A stretch of DNA of 63,999 nt, counting the filler, from an uncultured Methanosarcinales archaeon (GTDB taxonomy: Archaea > Nanobdellota > Nanobdellia > Woesearchaeales > CAYXTQ01), in the NCBI GenBank assembly GCA_964608065.1. It is 4 parts of 4 records of this genome, joined end to end, with 100 filler letters (N's around TTAATTAATTAA, not from the genome) between each part and the next. Parts side by side here need not be neighbours in the genome. Positions count along the whole stretch, not along the records: positions 21,265 to 41,871 come from CAZSMA010000015.1; positions 41,972 to 62,373 come from CAZSMA010000016.1; 2 more parts are not named here. One strand, 5' to 3'. A program made the translations under genes and the position numbers. The notes below the pieces were generated by a model. That model saw only the letters and a program-made list of their open reading frames with translations, had not been told where the DNA came from and did not search any database. Of this stretch, positions 37,892-48,235 are shown piece by piece; positions within the stretch are counted from its first letter, which is position 1; each line of letters begins with the position of its first letter.

Positions 37892-38244
37892 ATTTCTTTT
37901 ACGCCATCTTTAGTTAAAGCTACAAATCTCATTGCTAATCCTAATTTTAATAATGCAGATAATAAAGCCATGTGTTCTTTTCCAGTGCCTGAGATTATGC
38001 TGACTGCTACTTCTATGCCTGTTATCTTATCTTTTAGTTTATCCTTTATCTCTTCAGAAAGCTCTGTTAAATATTTTTTTTCATCTATTAAAATAAATTC
38101 TACCGGTTTTTCAGATTTGAAGTTTTTTTTTTTCAAATCATTTGTAATCAGAATTACTTTTTCCCAGTCTTGCTGGTTAATCAGTCTTCTAAGATGTTCC
38201 CATGTTCCTTCTCCTGTTCCAAGAGAAGCAATAAGTTCTGTCAT
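37888..38244 (-). CDS. Hypothetical protein, possibly a stand-alone CARF-like Rossmann domain
   Basis: LIASLGTG and VAVSIISGTGK motifs. Confidence 0.5.
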   Translation of the reverse strand: MTELIASLGTGEGTWEHLRRLINQQDWEKVILITNDLKKKNFKSEKPVEFILIDEKKYLTELSEEIKDKLKDKITGIEVAVSIISGTGKEHMALLSALLKLGLAMRFVALTKDGVKEI

Positions 38245-38255
38245 AATCTAAGAAA

Positions 38256-38555
38256 TTAGGAAGATTTATTTAAATCTTGTTGTTTCACTTCTTCAACAAC
38301 TTTTTTAAAAGCTGCTATCTGGCGTTCGCTTAATTTCTCAAACCTTATATAATTGGATTTTATTGCTCTTAAAAAATCGTTTTTCCTGTAATAGTCTTCA
38401 GGAATATCAAACAGTTTTTTCATCTTTGGATCTGCTATTTTTACATCAAGTTCTTTTTTCTGACAGTCATAGCATAGAGGAAATCTATTCCTGTTGGTTG
38501 TAATCACAAAGTTTTTTCTGCATCTTATACATTTTTGTTTGAATTTAAATGCCAT
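38256..38555 (-). CDS. Zn-ribbon small protein
   Basis: CIRC...CYDC. Confidence 0.7.
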   Translation of the reverse strand: MAFKFKQKCIRCRKNFVITTNRNRFPLCYDCQKKELDVKIADPKMKKLFDIPEDYYRKNDFLRAIKSNYIRFEKLSERQIAAFKKVVEEVKQQDLNKSS

Positions 38556-38599
38556 TATTCTTGTTTAAGATAGCTTATTTATATAATCTTTTGTTTGAG

Positions 38600-40684
38600 T
38601 TAATAAATAGTGTATGAGCTGTCGCTTTCAAGCTCTATGTTTTTGACTTTTTCCAAGTTTTCTATCTTGTTGATTCTCAATAATGTTGGCGATTTTGTGT
38701 ATAATAGTTCTTCAATGTACAAGCTTCTTTCAACTAAAGGACCGTATGATTTTCCTGAAGCCATTGAGTGATCAACAATTCCTCTAAGCTCAATTTCATT
38801 TTTTGTTATCTTGAAGACCATTGCTCCATTATAAGATTCACTTGTTTCCTCATCCCACATGTAATCCTGATTGTAAACAGGGATTACTAAAAGCTCTTTG
38901 TCTTTTGAGAAAAGGAAAGCTTTGTGCTCAAATTCTGCTGTTGATTGAGAGTAACGTTCTTTTGTAATGAAGTTTGCAGTTTCTTTTGGATTTTCCACAT
39001 CAGCAACATCAAACAAGCTTATTTTCAGGCCTCTAGTACGTCCAGTTTCAGTTGCGTCTCTTCCTATACCTATAATTGTATCTTTGTCATATGGATGCAA
39101 GTATCTGGAGAATCCTGGAATTTTTAGCTGTCCAAGTTCTTTGATACTGTAAGGGTTGCTTAAGTCAATTACAAAGAAAGGATCTGTTTGCCTGAATGTG
39201 ACCATATACAATCTGTCACCCATGAATCTTGTTGAATAGATTCTTTCGCTTTCTGCAAGCCCTTCCAGTTTGTCTAAAATCTCTAAGTCTGCATCTAATG
39301 TGTAAATATTATTTGTTGATTCTGTTCTTTGTTTTCCAAAGCTAGACCATCTAGCACTTATTGTTGCTGCTATTCTGAATATATCTTTGTTTTCATCCAT
39401 TGAAAATTGGTTGATAATGTTGCCTGGAACCTGACCATCTGCAACTATTTCGATATTGTCACCATCTACACTGATCTTGTGGATTAATGTAAATTCCATG
39501 TATTCATATTCTTCTAATTTTTTCTCTAACAGTTCCTGGACTTTATCTTCAAGTTCATCCCTCTCTTGTTGACCCATATAATTGATGTAAGTCTGAATTA
39601 TTTGGTATATCTTGTTTTCTTTTTCTGCTTGAGATAAGACCTCATTGTCTGTTGCTTTGATTTTTTCAATCAATTCTTTATCAGAACCTGTTAATTGAGG
39701 TTCTATTAAGTTGATAGTAATCTGCCTTTGCAGTTCCCATTCATTGATGTATTTTGTATAAGTTATGTAGATGTTATTTTCAGACATATACATATTTTGG
39801 CTTCCTTCAACTGTGATTGTTTTTGATTCAACATCTTTGTCAGAGTCTATGATTTTTATTGCATGTATGTTAGCAAATTGTGTAGATTGATATGGAATTG
39901 GATAATAGAAAATATCTTCTACAGCAATGCTTCTTTTTACAGTGCCTTCAATAATCAAAGGTGTTGGGAATTCTGTTCTGTACTGGGGCCATGTTGTTGT
40001 GATAAAATAAACATAGTCCTCTATCATTCTTGCCTGGAAATAGTTTCCTTCAAATTTGTATTCTTTTTCCAGTTTAGGACTTTCTTTGTTGCTGATGTCA
40101 TAGATATTGAAGAAAGTCATGCCTTGTCTTGGTATAAAATCTATTTTTTTGAAGAAATCCAAGTCATAGAAATTTCCAAATACAGCCAATTTATCATCAT
40201 TGATAAAAAGATTATTTGGTGTCTGGTCAAACTTCAGTTTTGAGATAACTTCTGCATCTTCTCCAGGATATGCTTTAATTATGAATAAAGTGTTTCCAGA
40301 TATAGTGTATATATAGTTGCCGTCTGTTTTGATTATATCTGCTTCATCAACACCTTTTACCTGTATGTTTGTTTCAGAATAATCAGATGGAGCTGCTTCA
40401 GGAACTTCTATACCTTTTTCTGATACTGCTGCAACAGTTTCCATAACAACATCTGTTCTGCCCATCATTACACCGCCTCCAAAGAATTGAGCTTCTGAAG
40501 TTGGTTTTTTAACAAATTCATTAAATTCAGATATAGAGCTGAATGCTTTTGCTTTTATTTCATTAGCAGGATCAAATATCTTCGTTTTTTCATATGTCCC
40601 TTTTTCTGTAGGGATTGTAGTACATCCTACTATAACTATTAAAATTAATATCAAAATAATGTTCAAAATGTTTTTTTGTTTCAT
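38600..40684 (-). CDS. Secreted beta-propeller domain lipoprotein
   Basis: Lipobox-like VGC; YSETNIQVKGVDEADIIKTDG, NQFSMDE, YMVTFRQTDP, LKIPGFSRYLHP. Confidence 0.88.
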   Translation of the reverse strand: MKQKNILNIILILILIVIVGCTTIPTEKGTYEKTKIFDPANEIKAKAFSSISEFNEFVKKPTSEAQFFGGGVMMGRTDVVMETVAAVSEKGIEVPEAAPSDYSETNIQVKGVDEADIIKTDGNYIYTISGNTLFIIKAYPGEDAEVISKLKFDQTPNNLFINDDKLAVFGNFYDLDFFKKIDFIPRQGMTFFNIYDISNKESPKLEKEYKFEGNYFQARMIEDYVYFITTTWPQYRTEFPTPLIIEGTVKRSIAVEDIFYYPIPYQSTQFANIHAIKIIDSDKDVESKTITVEGSQNMYMSENNIYITYTKYINEWELQRQITINLIEPQLTGSDKELIEKIKATDNEVLSQAEKENKIYQIIQTYINYMGQQERDELEDKVQELLEKKLEEYEYMEFTLIHKISVDGDNIEIVADGQVPGNIINQFSMDENKDIFRIAATISARWSSFGKQRTESTNNIYTLDADLEILDKLEGLAESERIYSTRFMGDRLYMVTFRQTDPFFVIDLSNPYSIKELGQLKIPGFSRYLHPYDKDTIIGIGRDATETGRTRGLKISLFDVADVENPKETANFITKERYSQSTAEFEHKAFLFSKDKELLVIPVYNQDYMWDEETSESYNGAMVFKITKNEIELRGIVDHSMASGKSYGPLVERSLYIEELLYTKSPTLLRINKIENLEKVKNIELESDSSYTIY

Positions 40685-40755
40685 GATAATCACCTAATGA
40701 AATAGAATGAAATGAGTATATAAATACTTTATTATAGCTTTGATTTGAGTTGAAG

Positions 40756-41823
40756 TTAAATTGTAAATTTGCCGTCTTTAAAGATAAGTTTTTTGTCTGC
40801 GTAAATCTCTCCGTTTCTTCTTAAGTCTTTCAGCATATCCCAGTGTATTGCTGATTTATTCTTACTTCCACAATCTTTGTAGCCAACACCTAAAGCAAGA
40901 TGGATTGTTCCTCCGATTTTTTCATCAAACAGTATGTTTTTTACAAATCTTTTGATGTTGTAGTTCATTCCAATTCCAAATTCACCTAGATAAGAAGCTC
41001 CTTTGTCTGTTGCTAACATTTGTTTAAGGAAATTTTCTCCTTTTTCTGCTTTAGCTTTTACAACTTTGCCGTTTTTGAACTCTAATCTTATTCCAGATAT
41101 TTCCCTTCCACCATGTATTGCTGGAAATTCATAGTATATTTTTCCGTTTGCAGACTTTTCTAAAGGTGCAGTAAAGATTTCTCCGTCTGGCATGTTGAAT
41201 TTTCCGTCAGAAGCAATAAAATTTCTTCCTTTAACACTGAAGGTTAAATCAGTTTCCTTTCCAATAATCCTTATTTTATCTGCTTTTTGCAATCTGTTTC
41301 TTATCTTTACCATCTTTTTATTTTCATTTTCCCAGTTGATGTTAGTGGATTTGAAAACAAATCTTCTGAAATCTGTCAATGCCATATCTGCTTCTTGTGC
41401 TAAGGCATTTGTAGGATAATGATAAATACACCATCTTGTATTATTAGTTCTATAGTCAAATAATTTTTCTAAAGTTTTGCTTCTTATTGCAATTTTTTTT
41501 GGGTTTATGTCTGATAATTCTCTAGTATTTTCCCTTCCTCCAATGTAAATCACTGCCTGTGTTTTTTTCATCTCATGCATTGCTATGTCTGGAAATTTAT
41601 TTAGTTGTTCATCAGAAGCATATTTGTAGTAAATATGTGCTTGGCCTGGTAAAGAGACTTTTAATATTGGATAAGCACCTTTTTGAATAACTCTTTTATA
41701 GACTTCTAATGCTAGGTGTTTAGCAGCAGGTTCTGTTATAATCTGAACATATTCATTTTTTTTTACTTTTGTTGACCAATCTACAAGTATTTTTGCTGCT
41801 TTTATTATTCTTGGATCTTTCAT
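40756..41823 (-). CDS. Aminopeptidase, peptidase M29 (AmpS/AmpT family)
   Basis: NMPDGEIFTAP, GEFGIG, FDEKIGGTIHLALG, SAIHWDM. Confidence 0.92.
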   Translation of the reverse strand: MKDPRIIKAAKILVDWSTKVKKNEYVQIITEPAAKHLALEVYKRVIQKGAYPILKVSLPGQAHIYYKYASDEQLNKFPDIAMHEMKKTQAVIYIGGRENTRELSDINPKKIAIRSKTLEKLFDYRTNNTRWCIYHYPTNALAQEADMALTDFRRFVFKSTNINWENENKKMVKIRNRLQKADKIRIIGKETDLTFSVKGRNFIASDGKFNMPDGEIFTAPLEKSANGKIYYEFPAIHGGREISGIRLEFKNGKVVKAKAEKGENFLKQMLATDKGASYLGEFGIGMNYNIKRFVKNILFDEKIGGTIHLALGVGYKDCGSKNKSAIHWDMLKDLRRNGEIYADKKLIFKDGKFTI

Positions 41824-41971
41824 TTCAAATTAAATAGGAAGTAAGGAATATATAAATCTTTTTAAAACTATNNNNNNNNNNNNNNNNNNNNNNNNNNNNN
41901 NNNNNNNNNNNNNNNTTAATTAATTAANNNNNNNNNNNNNNNNNNNNNNNNNNNNNNNNNNNNNNNNNNNN

Positions 41972-42026
41972 AACTTGGTTCTTTTGCTTAAATGATACCT
42001 CGGGCTTTAGCCCGATGGTAGTTCAT
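41972..42026 (+). mobile_element. Probable right end of an IS200/IS605-family element at a contig end
   Basis: TACC-TCGGGC-TTTA-GCCCGA-TGGTA hairpin followed by GTTCAT, resembling subterminal hairpins of this family. Confidence 0.5.
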
Positions 42027-42027
42027 C

Positions 42028-42435
42028 CTATATTTTAGATTTGATGCTGTGTCTAGCACCACACGCAGTGCATTTTAAGAATAAAAAATTACCTTCTTTT
42101 TCAAGCTTTGTATCAGGTTTGCCGCACTCTAGGCAGAGAACAAATTCCTTTACATATTGATTTATTTTTTCATTGATTCTAGAAGCGCTTATTTTTGTTC
42201 CAATTATTAAAGCAGTTTTTGTTAGGTTTCCTGGTGCTGCTAATTCTTTTAAAACATATTTGATTAGGTGATTAACGTCTTTTCCTAGGAAATCAGCAAT
42301 ATGGTGAAAGTTACTTATAACAGTTTTATTGCCCTGTATATGACCTTTTACTTTTGGTACTTCGAAGCGCTCTTTATTCAGTATAGACTCAGGCAATTGT
42401 TTTCTAGCTTCTTTCAATAATTTTTCATATTCCAT
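42028..42435 (-). CDS. eif2b: Translation initiation factor aIF-2 beta subunit
   Basis: ERFEVP, GNKTVISNF, KELAAPG, CLECGKPDT..CTACGA. Confidence 0.95.
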   Translation of the reverse strand: MEYEKLLKEARKQLPESILNKERFEVPKVKGHIQGNKTVISNFHHIADFLGKDVNHLIKYVLKELAAPGNLTKTALIIGTKISASRINEKINQYVKEFVLCLECGKPDTKLEKEGNFLFLKCTACGARHSIKSKI

Positions 42436-42609
42436 AAGTTTTTAAGGAATACTTGCTTTTATATATAAATTTAAGTATTTATTTATCATAAATCCCTTAT
42501 TTTGCTACTTTAAAATAGTAATAAAATAGAAAGGTTTAAATACTAGTACTTCATTTCAAAGGTTATAATTTAGGTTTACTGATGATATAACTATCAAGGG
42601 GAGTGGAAA

Positions 42610-43410
42610 ATGATCATTCAAAAAAGCTTTTTAAATAAGTTAAAAGATTTTGGTTTAAACACATATGAAAGCAAATTATGGACTGCTTTGTTGTCAAGAG
42701 GAATATCAACTGCAGGAGAACTTTCTGATATTGCAAACGTACCAAGAAGCAGAAGTTATGATGTTTTAGAAAGCCTTGAGAAAAAAGGATTTATTATAAT
42801 GAAATTGGGCAAGCCAATTAAATATATAGCTGTTCAACCTGAAGAAGTAATAGAAAGAGTCAAGAAAAAATTAGAAGAAGATGCACAAGAAAGAGCAAGT
42901 TTGATGGAGGAGCTAAAACAGAGCGATATATTAGGGGAGTTGACATTACTTCATAAACAAGGTATTGAATCAGTTGAACCAACAGATCTTTCTGGAAGCT
43001 TTAGAGGAAGAAATTCTATTTATCAACATATGGAGACTATGATAAAAAATTCAAAAAAGAATGTTTCAATAATGACTACAGAAGGCGGTTTAATAAGAAA
43101 AGCAGATTCATTAAAAAGAACATTAACAAAGGCTAAAGATAGAGGGGTTAGGATAAGAATAGCAGCACCAATCACAAAAGAAACATCAAAGATAGTTAAT
43201 AGTTTTTCAAAGATAGCAGAGATAAAACATACTTCAAACAAAAGCAGATTCTGCATTGTTGATAATAGTGAGTTAATGTTTATGTTGATGGATGATAAAG
43301 AAGTACACTCAAGCTATGATGTGGGTGTTTGGGTAAAAACAAAACTCTTTACATCAACTTTACAGACTTTTTTTGATAATGAATGGAAAAAGATGAAGTC
43401 ATTTGACTAA
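42610..43410 (+). CDS. TrmB-family transcriptional regulator
   Basis: FGLNTYE, ANVPRSRSYDVLESLEKKG, C-terminal PLD-like effector domain. Confidence 0.92.
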   Translation: MIIQKSFLNKLKDFGLNTYESKLWTALLSRGISTAGELSDIANVPRSRSYDVLESLEKKGFIIMKLGKPIKYIAVQPEEVIERVKKKLEEDAQERASLMEELKQSDILGELTLLHKQGIESVEPTDLSGSFRGRNSIYQHMETMIKNSKKNVSIMTTEGGLIRKADSLKRTLTKAKDRGVRIRIAAPITKETSKIVNSFSKIAEIKHTSNKSRFCIVDNSELMFMLMDDKEVHSSYDVGVWVKTKLFTSTLQTFFDNEWKKMKSFD

Positions 43411-43551
43411 ACCCCTTTCTTTCTGTTTTATTTTCTTTAATATTTTATATATCAAAAACTTTATATAGTATTATAAGTTATAAATTCTAATCATAACTAT
43501 AATAATATAGATATAATAAAAAAATAAAAAAAAAAAAAAGAAGGTGATAAA

Positions 43552-43749
43552 ATGGTATTAGATATGCAAGGAGTTATACTTTCTGTAATAATTGGAACTT
43601 TAGCTGCAATTGTTTATTCTTTAAGGGTTCTTGTTCTAATGGAAAGGAGAGTGGCTAGAATGGAATCACATATTGAAAAGATAGCTACAAAGATTATAAA
43701 GGAAGAGCTAAAGATAGAAAGAAAGCTTTCTAAAAGAAAAAAGAAATAA
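43552..43749 (+). CDS. Small single-TM coiled-coil protein
   Basis: AAGGTGAT SD; TM followed by a coiled coil. Confidence 0.7.
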   Translation: MVLDMQGVILSVIIGTLAAIVYSLRVLVLMERRVARMESHIEKIATKIIKEELKIERKLSKRKKK

Positions 43750-43819
43750 TTTTGTTTTTTATTTTAATTTCTAATTACAAAACTATTTATACTAGTTTTT
43801 ACTAATAGTTATTCTGAAG

Positions 43820-44500
43820 ATGTATCATAAAAAAGAGAAGGATGATATAAAGGAAAATTTACAGAGTTTATTAGAAACGGCTAGTGAGATAAAATCAATA
43901 ACCAAAACAAGATTCATAAGTGAGTTGGAGAACAATAAAAAAAAGAGTGAGAAAGCCCATGTAAAAAATATCTTAAACTATGTTTTTTCTGATTTAGATG
44001 GAGATGATGTTGAGCACTTAAGGGAGAGATTAAGGGAAAGAGTTGAAGAAGCACAGAGTTTAGTTGAAAAAGGAGAAGAAATAATAATAAAAAACATATT
44101 AAAGAAAGCAAGGCATACACACACTGTTTTAGTGGATGGGAAAAGAAAAATACATGATGCCTTAATTAAAACAGCTAAATATAGAAAAATTAAAATCAAC
44201 TTTGTGAATTCAATAGACAAGAATAGGCACCATATAGATTTAGCTTTAGTTCATGTTGACGGAATAGACCATCATAATAATATATTTACTAATAAATCTT
44301 CTAGGGAGTTGATAGAAAAAGCAAATAAATCAAATATCCCTGTTTATTGTTATACACACTCATTAAATTTTATGAATTTTGATGGTAATAAATATGTAGT
44401 GAAACCTCCTCAAGTAAAATCTGTAATCTCAGATATAGGTATCTTTGAACCAGAAATGTTTGTTCAAGAATTAAGACTAAAATGTCCTTGGCTATTCTAA
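43820..44500 (+). CDS. Degenerate eIF-2B / R15P-isomerase family protein
   Basis: IDLALVHVDGI, IPVYCYTHS, VKSVISDIGIF resemble the IF-2B C-terminal domain. Confidence 0.55.
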   Translation: MYHKKEKDDIKENLQSLLETASEIKSITKTRFISELENNKKKSEKAHVKNILNYVFSDLDGDDVEHLRERLRERVEEAQSLVEKGEEIIIKNILKKARHTHTVLVDGKRKIHDALIKTAKYRKIKINFVNSIDKNRHHIDLALVHVDGIDHHNNIFTNKSSRELIEKANKSNIPVYCYTHSLNFMNFDGNKYVVKPPQVKSVISDIGIFEPEMFVQELRLKCPWLF

Positions 44501-45000
44501 TTTTTTAGATCTTTTCTTAATAATTTCACTTCTTCGTTGATTTTTTTTATTTCTGTTGCATTATCCTCTTCATTCATAAGTTCTCCACATTCAGGGCACT
44601 TAAAACTAAAGCCAGTAGCCTGGTCAAAGTCTAACCTTATACAGCTTTTACCACAAATAAAAAAATTGTTTCCGTGCTCCCTTTCCAATCGTTCGCTCAA
44701 TCTTTCTAACCTTTTTTTTTTTAAATCTTTAACCAAATATTTAATCCTTTTCAAGTTAAAAGTCCAGTAATAGATATACCATCCTTTTTTTTTGTCTTTT
44801 CTTCTTATGAATGAAACAAGATTAGAATCATATAACCTATATAACATGTTTCTGACTTCATTTACCTCTTTTTTTATATTTTCAGCTAATTTGAACTCAG
44901 AAACGTTTTTTTTGTTTTTCAGATTTTTTACCAGAGGGACTACATCATCACCTGCAACCTCTATAACAACCTCCTCTATTATCTTATTTGTTAGCTTCAT
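44497..45000 (-). CDS. tfe: Transcription factor E alpha
   Basis: EVRNMLYRL, KGWYIYYW, C...C and FKCPECG zinc ribbon. Confidence 0.92.
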   Translation of the reverse strand: MKLTNKIIEEVVIEVAGDDVVPLVKNLKNKKNVSEFKLAENIKKEVNEVRNMLYRLYDSNLVSFIRRKDKKKGWYIYYWTFNLKRIKYLVKDLKKKRLERLSERLEREHGNNFFICGKSCIRLDFDQATGFSFKCPECGELMNEEDNATEIKKINEEVKLLRKDLKN

Positions 45001-45002
45001 TT

Positions 45003-45057
45003 GTTAAAATTTCCTCGAAATTTTGACATTGAAAATGCTTTTGCATTTTCATTTGTC
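45003..45057. repeat. GAAAAT-hairpin family copy in the tfe 5' region
   Basis: TGAAAATGC-TTTT-GCATTTTCA; aligns with 14693-14740. Confidence 0.65.
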
Positions 45058-45261
45058 TATGTTCTACAGTTAAAAAGATTTAAAAACCTTTCGATTTATT
45101 TTTGAGTTAAAGAAGGTTAAATATAGTTTTTTAAGGTTAATTAAGGTTTTTAATGCTTTTTTTTAGCTTAATAAGTCATTTTTATTATTATTTTAGTTAA
45201 AGAAAGATTAAAATGGTGTTTTTTGACAAACTAATGGTTAATTTTAATTACTAGTTGATAA

Positions 45262-45654
45262 TCATATTTTTTCAATCAATTCTTCAAATAATAATCCTTT
45301 GTTTTTTGCAAGATCAGTATCAATATAATAACTGTTTTTTGTTTTATTTAGATCATCAAGAAAAAGAAAGTACCATGGATTTGCTTTGAATTTTACTGCT
45401 ATGATTGCCAGAGCTCCAAATAAGTTGGAAAATGTGGTTAATTGCTCTATATCTTCTAGAGAGAAGTATTTTTTTTTTTCTTTAGTCACTTTACATTCTA
45501 TTGCGAGTTTTTTGCCTTTGTTACCTACTATAACATCTGCAGAAGGATATTTTGAAGAGCCAGAGCCAGCTACTCTTAATGCCGCAAAACCATGATTCCA
45601 GAACATGTGAATTAGTTCACGTTCAGCATTTATCCCTTTAGATTTAGTTGACAT
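45262..45654 (-). CDS. hjc: Holliday junction resolvase Hjc
   Basis: KGINAEREL, RVAGSG, ADVI, IECK. Confidence 0.93.
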   Translation of the reverse strand: MSTKSKGINAERELIHMFWNHGFAALRVAGSGSSKYPSADVIVGNKGKKLAIECKVTKEKKKYFSLEDIEQLTTFSNLFGALAIIAVKFKANPWYFLFLDDLNKTKNSYYIDTDLAKNKGLLFEELIEKI

Positions 45655-46544
45655 TATAATTTAACCTTCATTAAATCATGTGCAACTTTAGTCTCTGGGA
45701 AAATCTCTTTTGCATCTTCTTCAAGTTCTTTTGAATCTTTATATCTTGCACTGATGTGAGTTAATATTAGTTGTTTTGTATTACTCATACTAGCAATTTG
45801 AGCTGCTTGCTGAGAGGTTAAGTGGTTATACTCTTTAGCTTTATCTTCTAGGTCAGACATATATGTTGCTTCACAGATCAGCAGATCAGAATCTTTAGCA
45901 AATTCATAGCAGTTTTTACATAATGACGTGTCGGGAATTATAGTAATTTTTTTCCCCTCGACAATATAAGTGGTTTCTTTTGGAGTAATTTTTTTGCCTT
46001 CGAATGTTATTGTTTTGTTGTCTTGGAGTTTACCAAGTAAAGGGCTTTCTGGAATTCCAAGTTGTCTGATTTTTCTTATGTTTATTCTTCTGTGATTTTT
46101 TTCTATAAAGTTAAAGCCAACACATCTTACACCATGCTTTAATTCAAAAGATTCTAAATAGAATTTTTTTCCGTCGTAAATTTTCTTTTTATTAATATCA
46201 TAAACTTTCATTTCTATCCTTTTGTCAAAGATAAATGTATTTAACATGTCTTTTATTCTTTTTTTTGTTCCAATAGGGCCATAGATTTCTAAGACTTTGT
46301 TATAATCAGAAGCGCCTAAGGTCTGTATTAATCCTGGAAGCCCAAGAACATGGTCTCCATGCCAGTGGCTGATTAAGATTTTGGTTACTTTTGTGATCTT
46401 AAGCCCTGCTAGTTTGATTTGTCTTTGGGTTCCTTCTCCACAGTCTATTAATATGCCTTCAGAGCCATAGCTAATAAAAGTTGCAACATGATTTCTATCC
46501 TTAGTTGGAACCATTCCAGATGTTCCTAAAAAAGTTATTTCCAT
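45654..46544 (-). CDS. rnz: Ribonuclease Z
   Basis: FLGTSG..P, DCGEGTQ, SHWHGDHVLG, DT, EATY, HISARY. Confidence 0.95.
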   Translation of the reverse strand: MEITFLGTSGMVPTKDRNHVATFISYGSEGILIDCGEGTQRQIKLAGLKITKVTKILISHWHGDHVLGLPGLIQTLGASDYNKVLEIYGPIGTKKRIKDMLNTFIFDKRIEMKVYDINKKKIYDGKKFYLESFELKHGVRCVGFNFIEKNHRRINIRKIRQLGIPESPLLGKLQDNKTITFEGKKITPKETTYIVEGKKITIIPDTSLCKNCYEFAKDSDLLICEATYMSDLEDKAKEYNHLTSQQAAQIASMSNTKQLILTHISARYKDSKELEEDAKEIFPETKVAHDLMKVKL

Positions 46545-46676
46545 TTTATGTTTGGTAATTTGGAGGAGTTTATAATGTTTTTTAATTTTACAAATTTTGG
46601 TCTATTTATTTTCTATATTGAAAATAAATAAGTAAAAGAAAAGGTTTTTTAAGTGAATCAGAATAACTAGCTAAAT

Positions 46677-47243
<567 letters not shown>

Positions 47244-47294
47244 TTATAGTACCTTACAACAAAATATATAAACACTCATTCTATTTTAGTAAAT

Positions 47295-48179
47295 ATGGAT
47301 AATGTAAAAGAGAAGATACTACAATTATTGAAGCAAAAAGGGCCTGTAATACCTGTACAGATTTCTAAAGAGATCGAAACAAACATACTCATGGCTAGTG
47401 CATATTTGTCTGAACTTTCTTCTAATAATCTAGTAAAAGTATCTAACCTTAAAATAGGCGGTAGTCCTTTGTATTATCTTCCAGGGCATGAGTATAAATT
47501 GCAGGATTTTGCTAGTAAACTTCATGAAAAGGAGAAAAAAAGCTATGAATTGTTGAAAGAGAAAAAAATTTTGCAGGATTCAGTCTTAGACCCTATTTTG
47601 AGAGTTACTTTGAGGAATATAAAAGATTTTGCAATACCTCTTAAGGTTGACCATAAAGGTTATTCTGATATTTTCTGGAAATGGTATTTGTTGTCGAATA
47701 AGGATGCTGAAGTTATTATCAAGTCTCAGCTGAAATGGAAGGAAGATGATAAAATAACTAAACAAGTAAAAGAACCAATAAAAAAAGAAACTATAAAATC
47801 AGAAGAAACACAAACAACAATAAAAAAAGAAAGTAAAATACAGCATGTTAAAAAGGAGAAAGCATTGACAGAAGATTTCTTTTATGACACTCAGCAGTAT
47901 TTCAATAGGAATAAAATTAATATTTTAGAGCAGAAAATCATAAGGAAAAATAAAGATATGGAGATGATAGTGGAGATACCAAGCCATGTAGGCAACTTAA
48001 AATATTTTTGCAAAGCGAAGAATAAGAAAAAAATTAATGATGGAGATTTGAGTTCTATTTATATACAAGCACAGTCAAAAAGACTTCCTGTTTTATTTAT
48101 AACCACAGGAGAGCTTACTAAAAAGGCAAAAGAAATGTTGGAGACTGAATTTAAGGGGTTAAAGGTAAAGAAAATTTAA
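47295..48179 (+). CDS. Hypothetical protein (N-terminal wHTH, C-terminal nuclease-like fold)
   Basis: GPVIPVQISK wHTH-like start; DMEMIV..FCKAK PD-(D/E)xK-like end. Confidence 0.6.
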   Translation: MDNVKEKILQLLKQKGPVIPVQISKEIETNILMASAYLSELSSNNLVKVSNLKIGGSPLYYLPGHEYKLQDFASKLHEKEKKSYELLKEKKILQDSVLDPILRVTLRNIKDFAIPLKVDHKGYSDIFWKWYLLSNKDAEVIIKSQLKWKEDDKITKQVKEPIKKETIKSEETQTTIKKESKIQHVKKEKALTEDFFYDTQQYFNRNKINILEQKIIRKNKDMEMIVEIPSHVGNLKYFCKAKNKKKINDGDLSSIYIQAQSKRLPVLFITTGELTKKAKEMLETEFKGLKVKKI

Positions 48180-48219
48180 AATGGGACAAAGAAAATCAAA
48201 GATTTTCGAGCCCCATTTT
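48178..48219. repeat. GAAAAT-hairpin family copy in the fen1 5' region
   Basis: AAAATGGG..GAAAATC-AAA-GATTTTC..CCCATTTT. Confidence 0.6.
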
Positions 48220-48235
48220 TAACGGAGTCAAAAAA

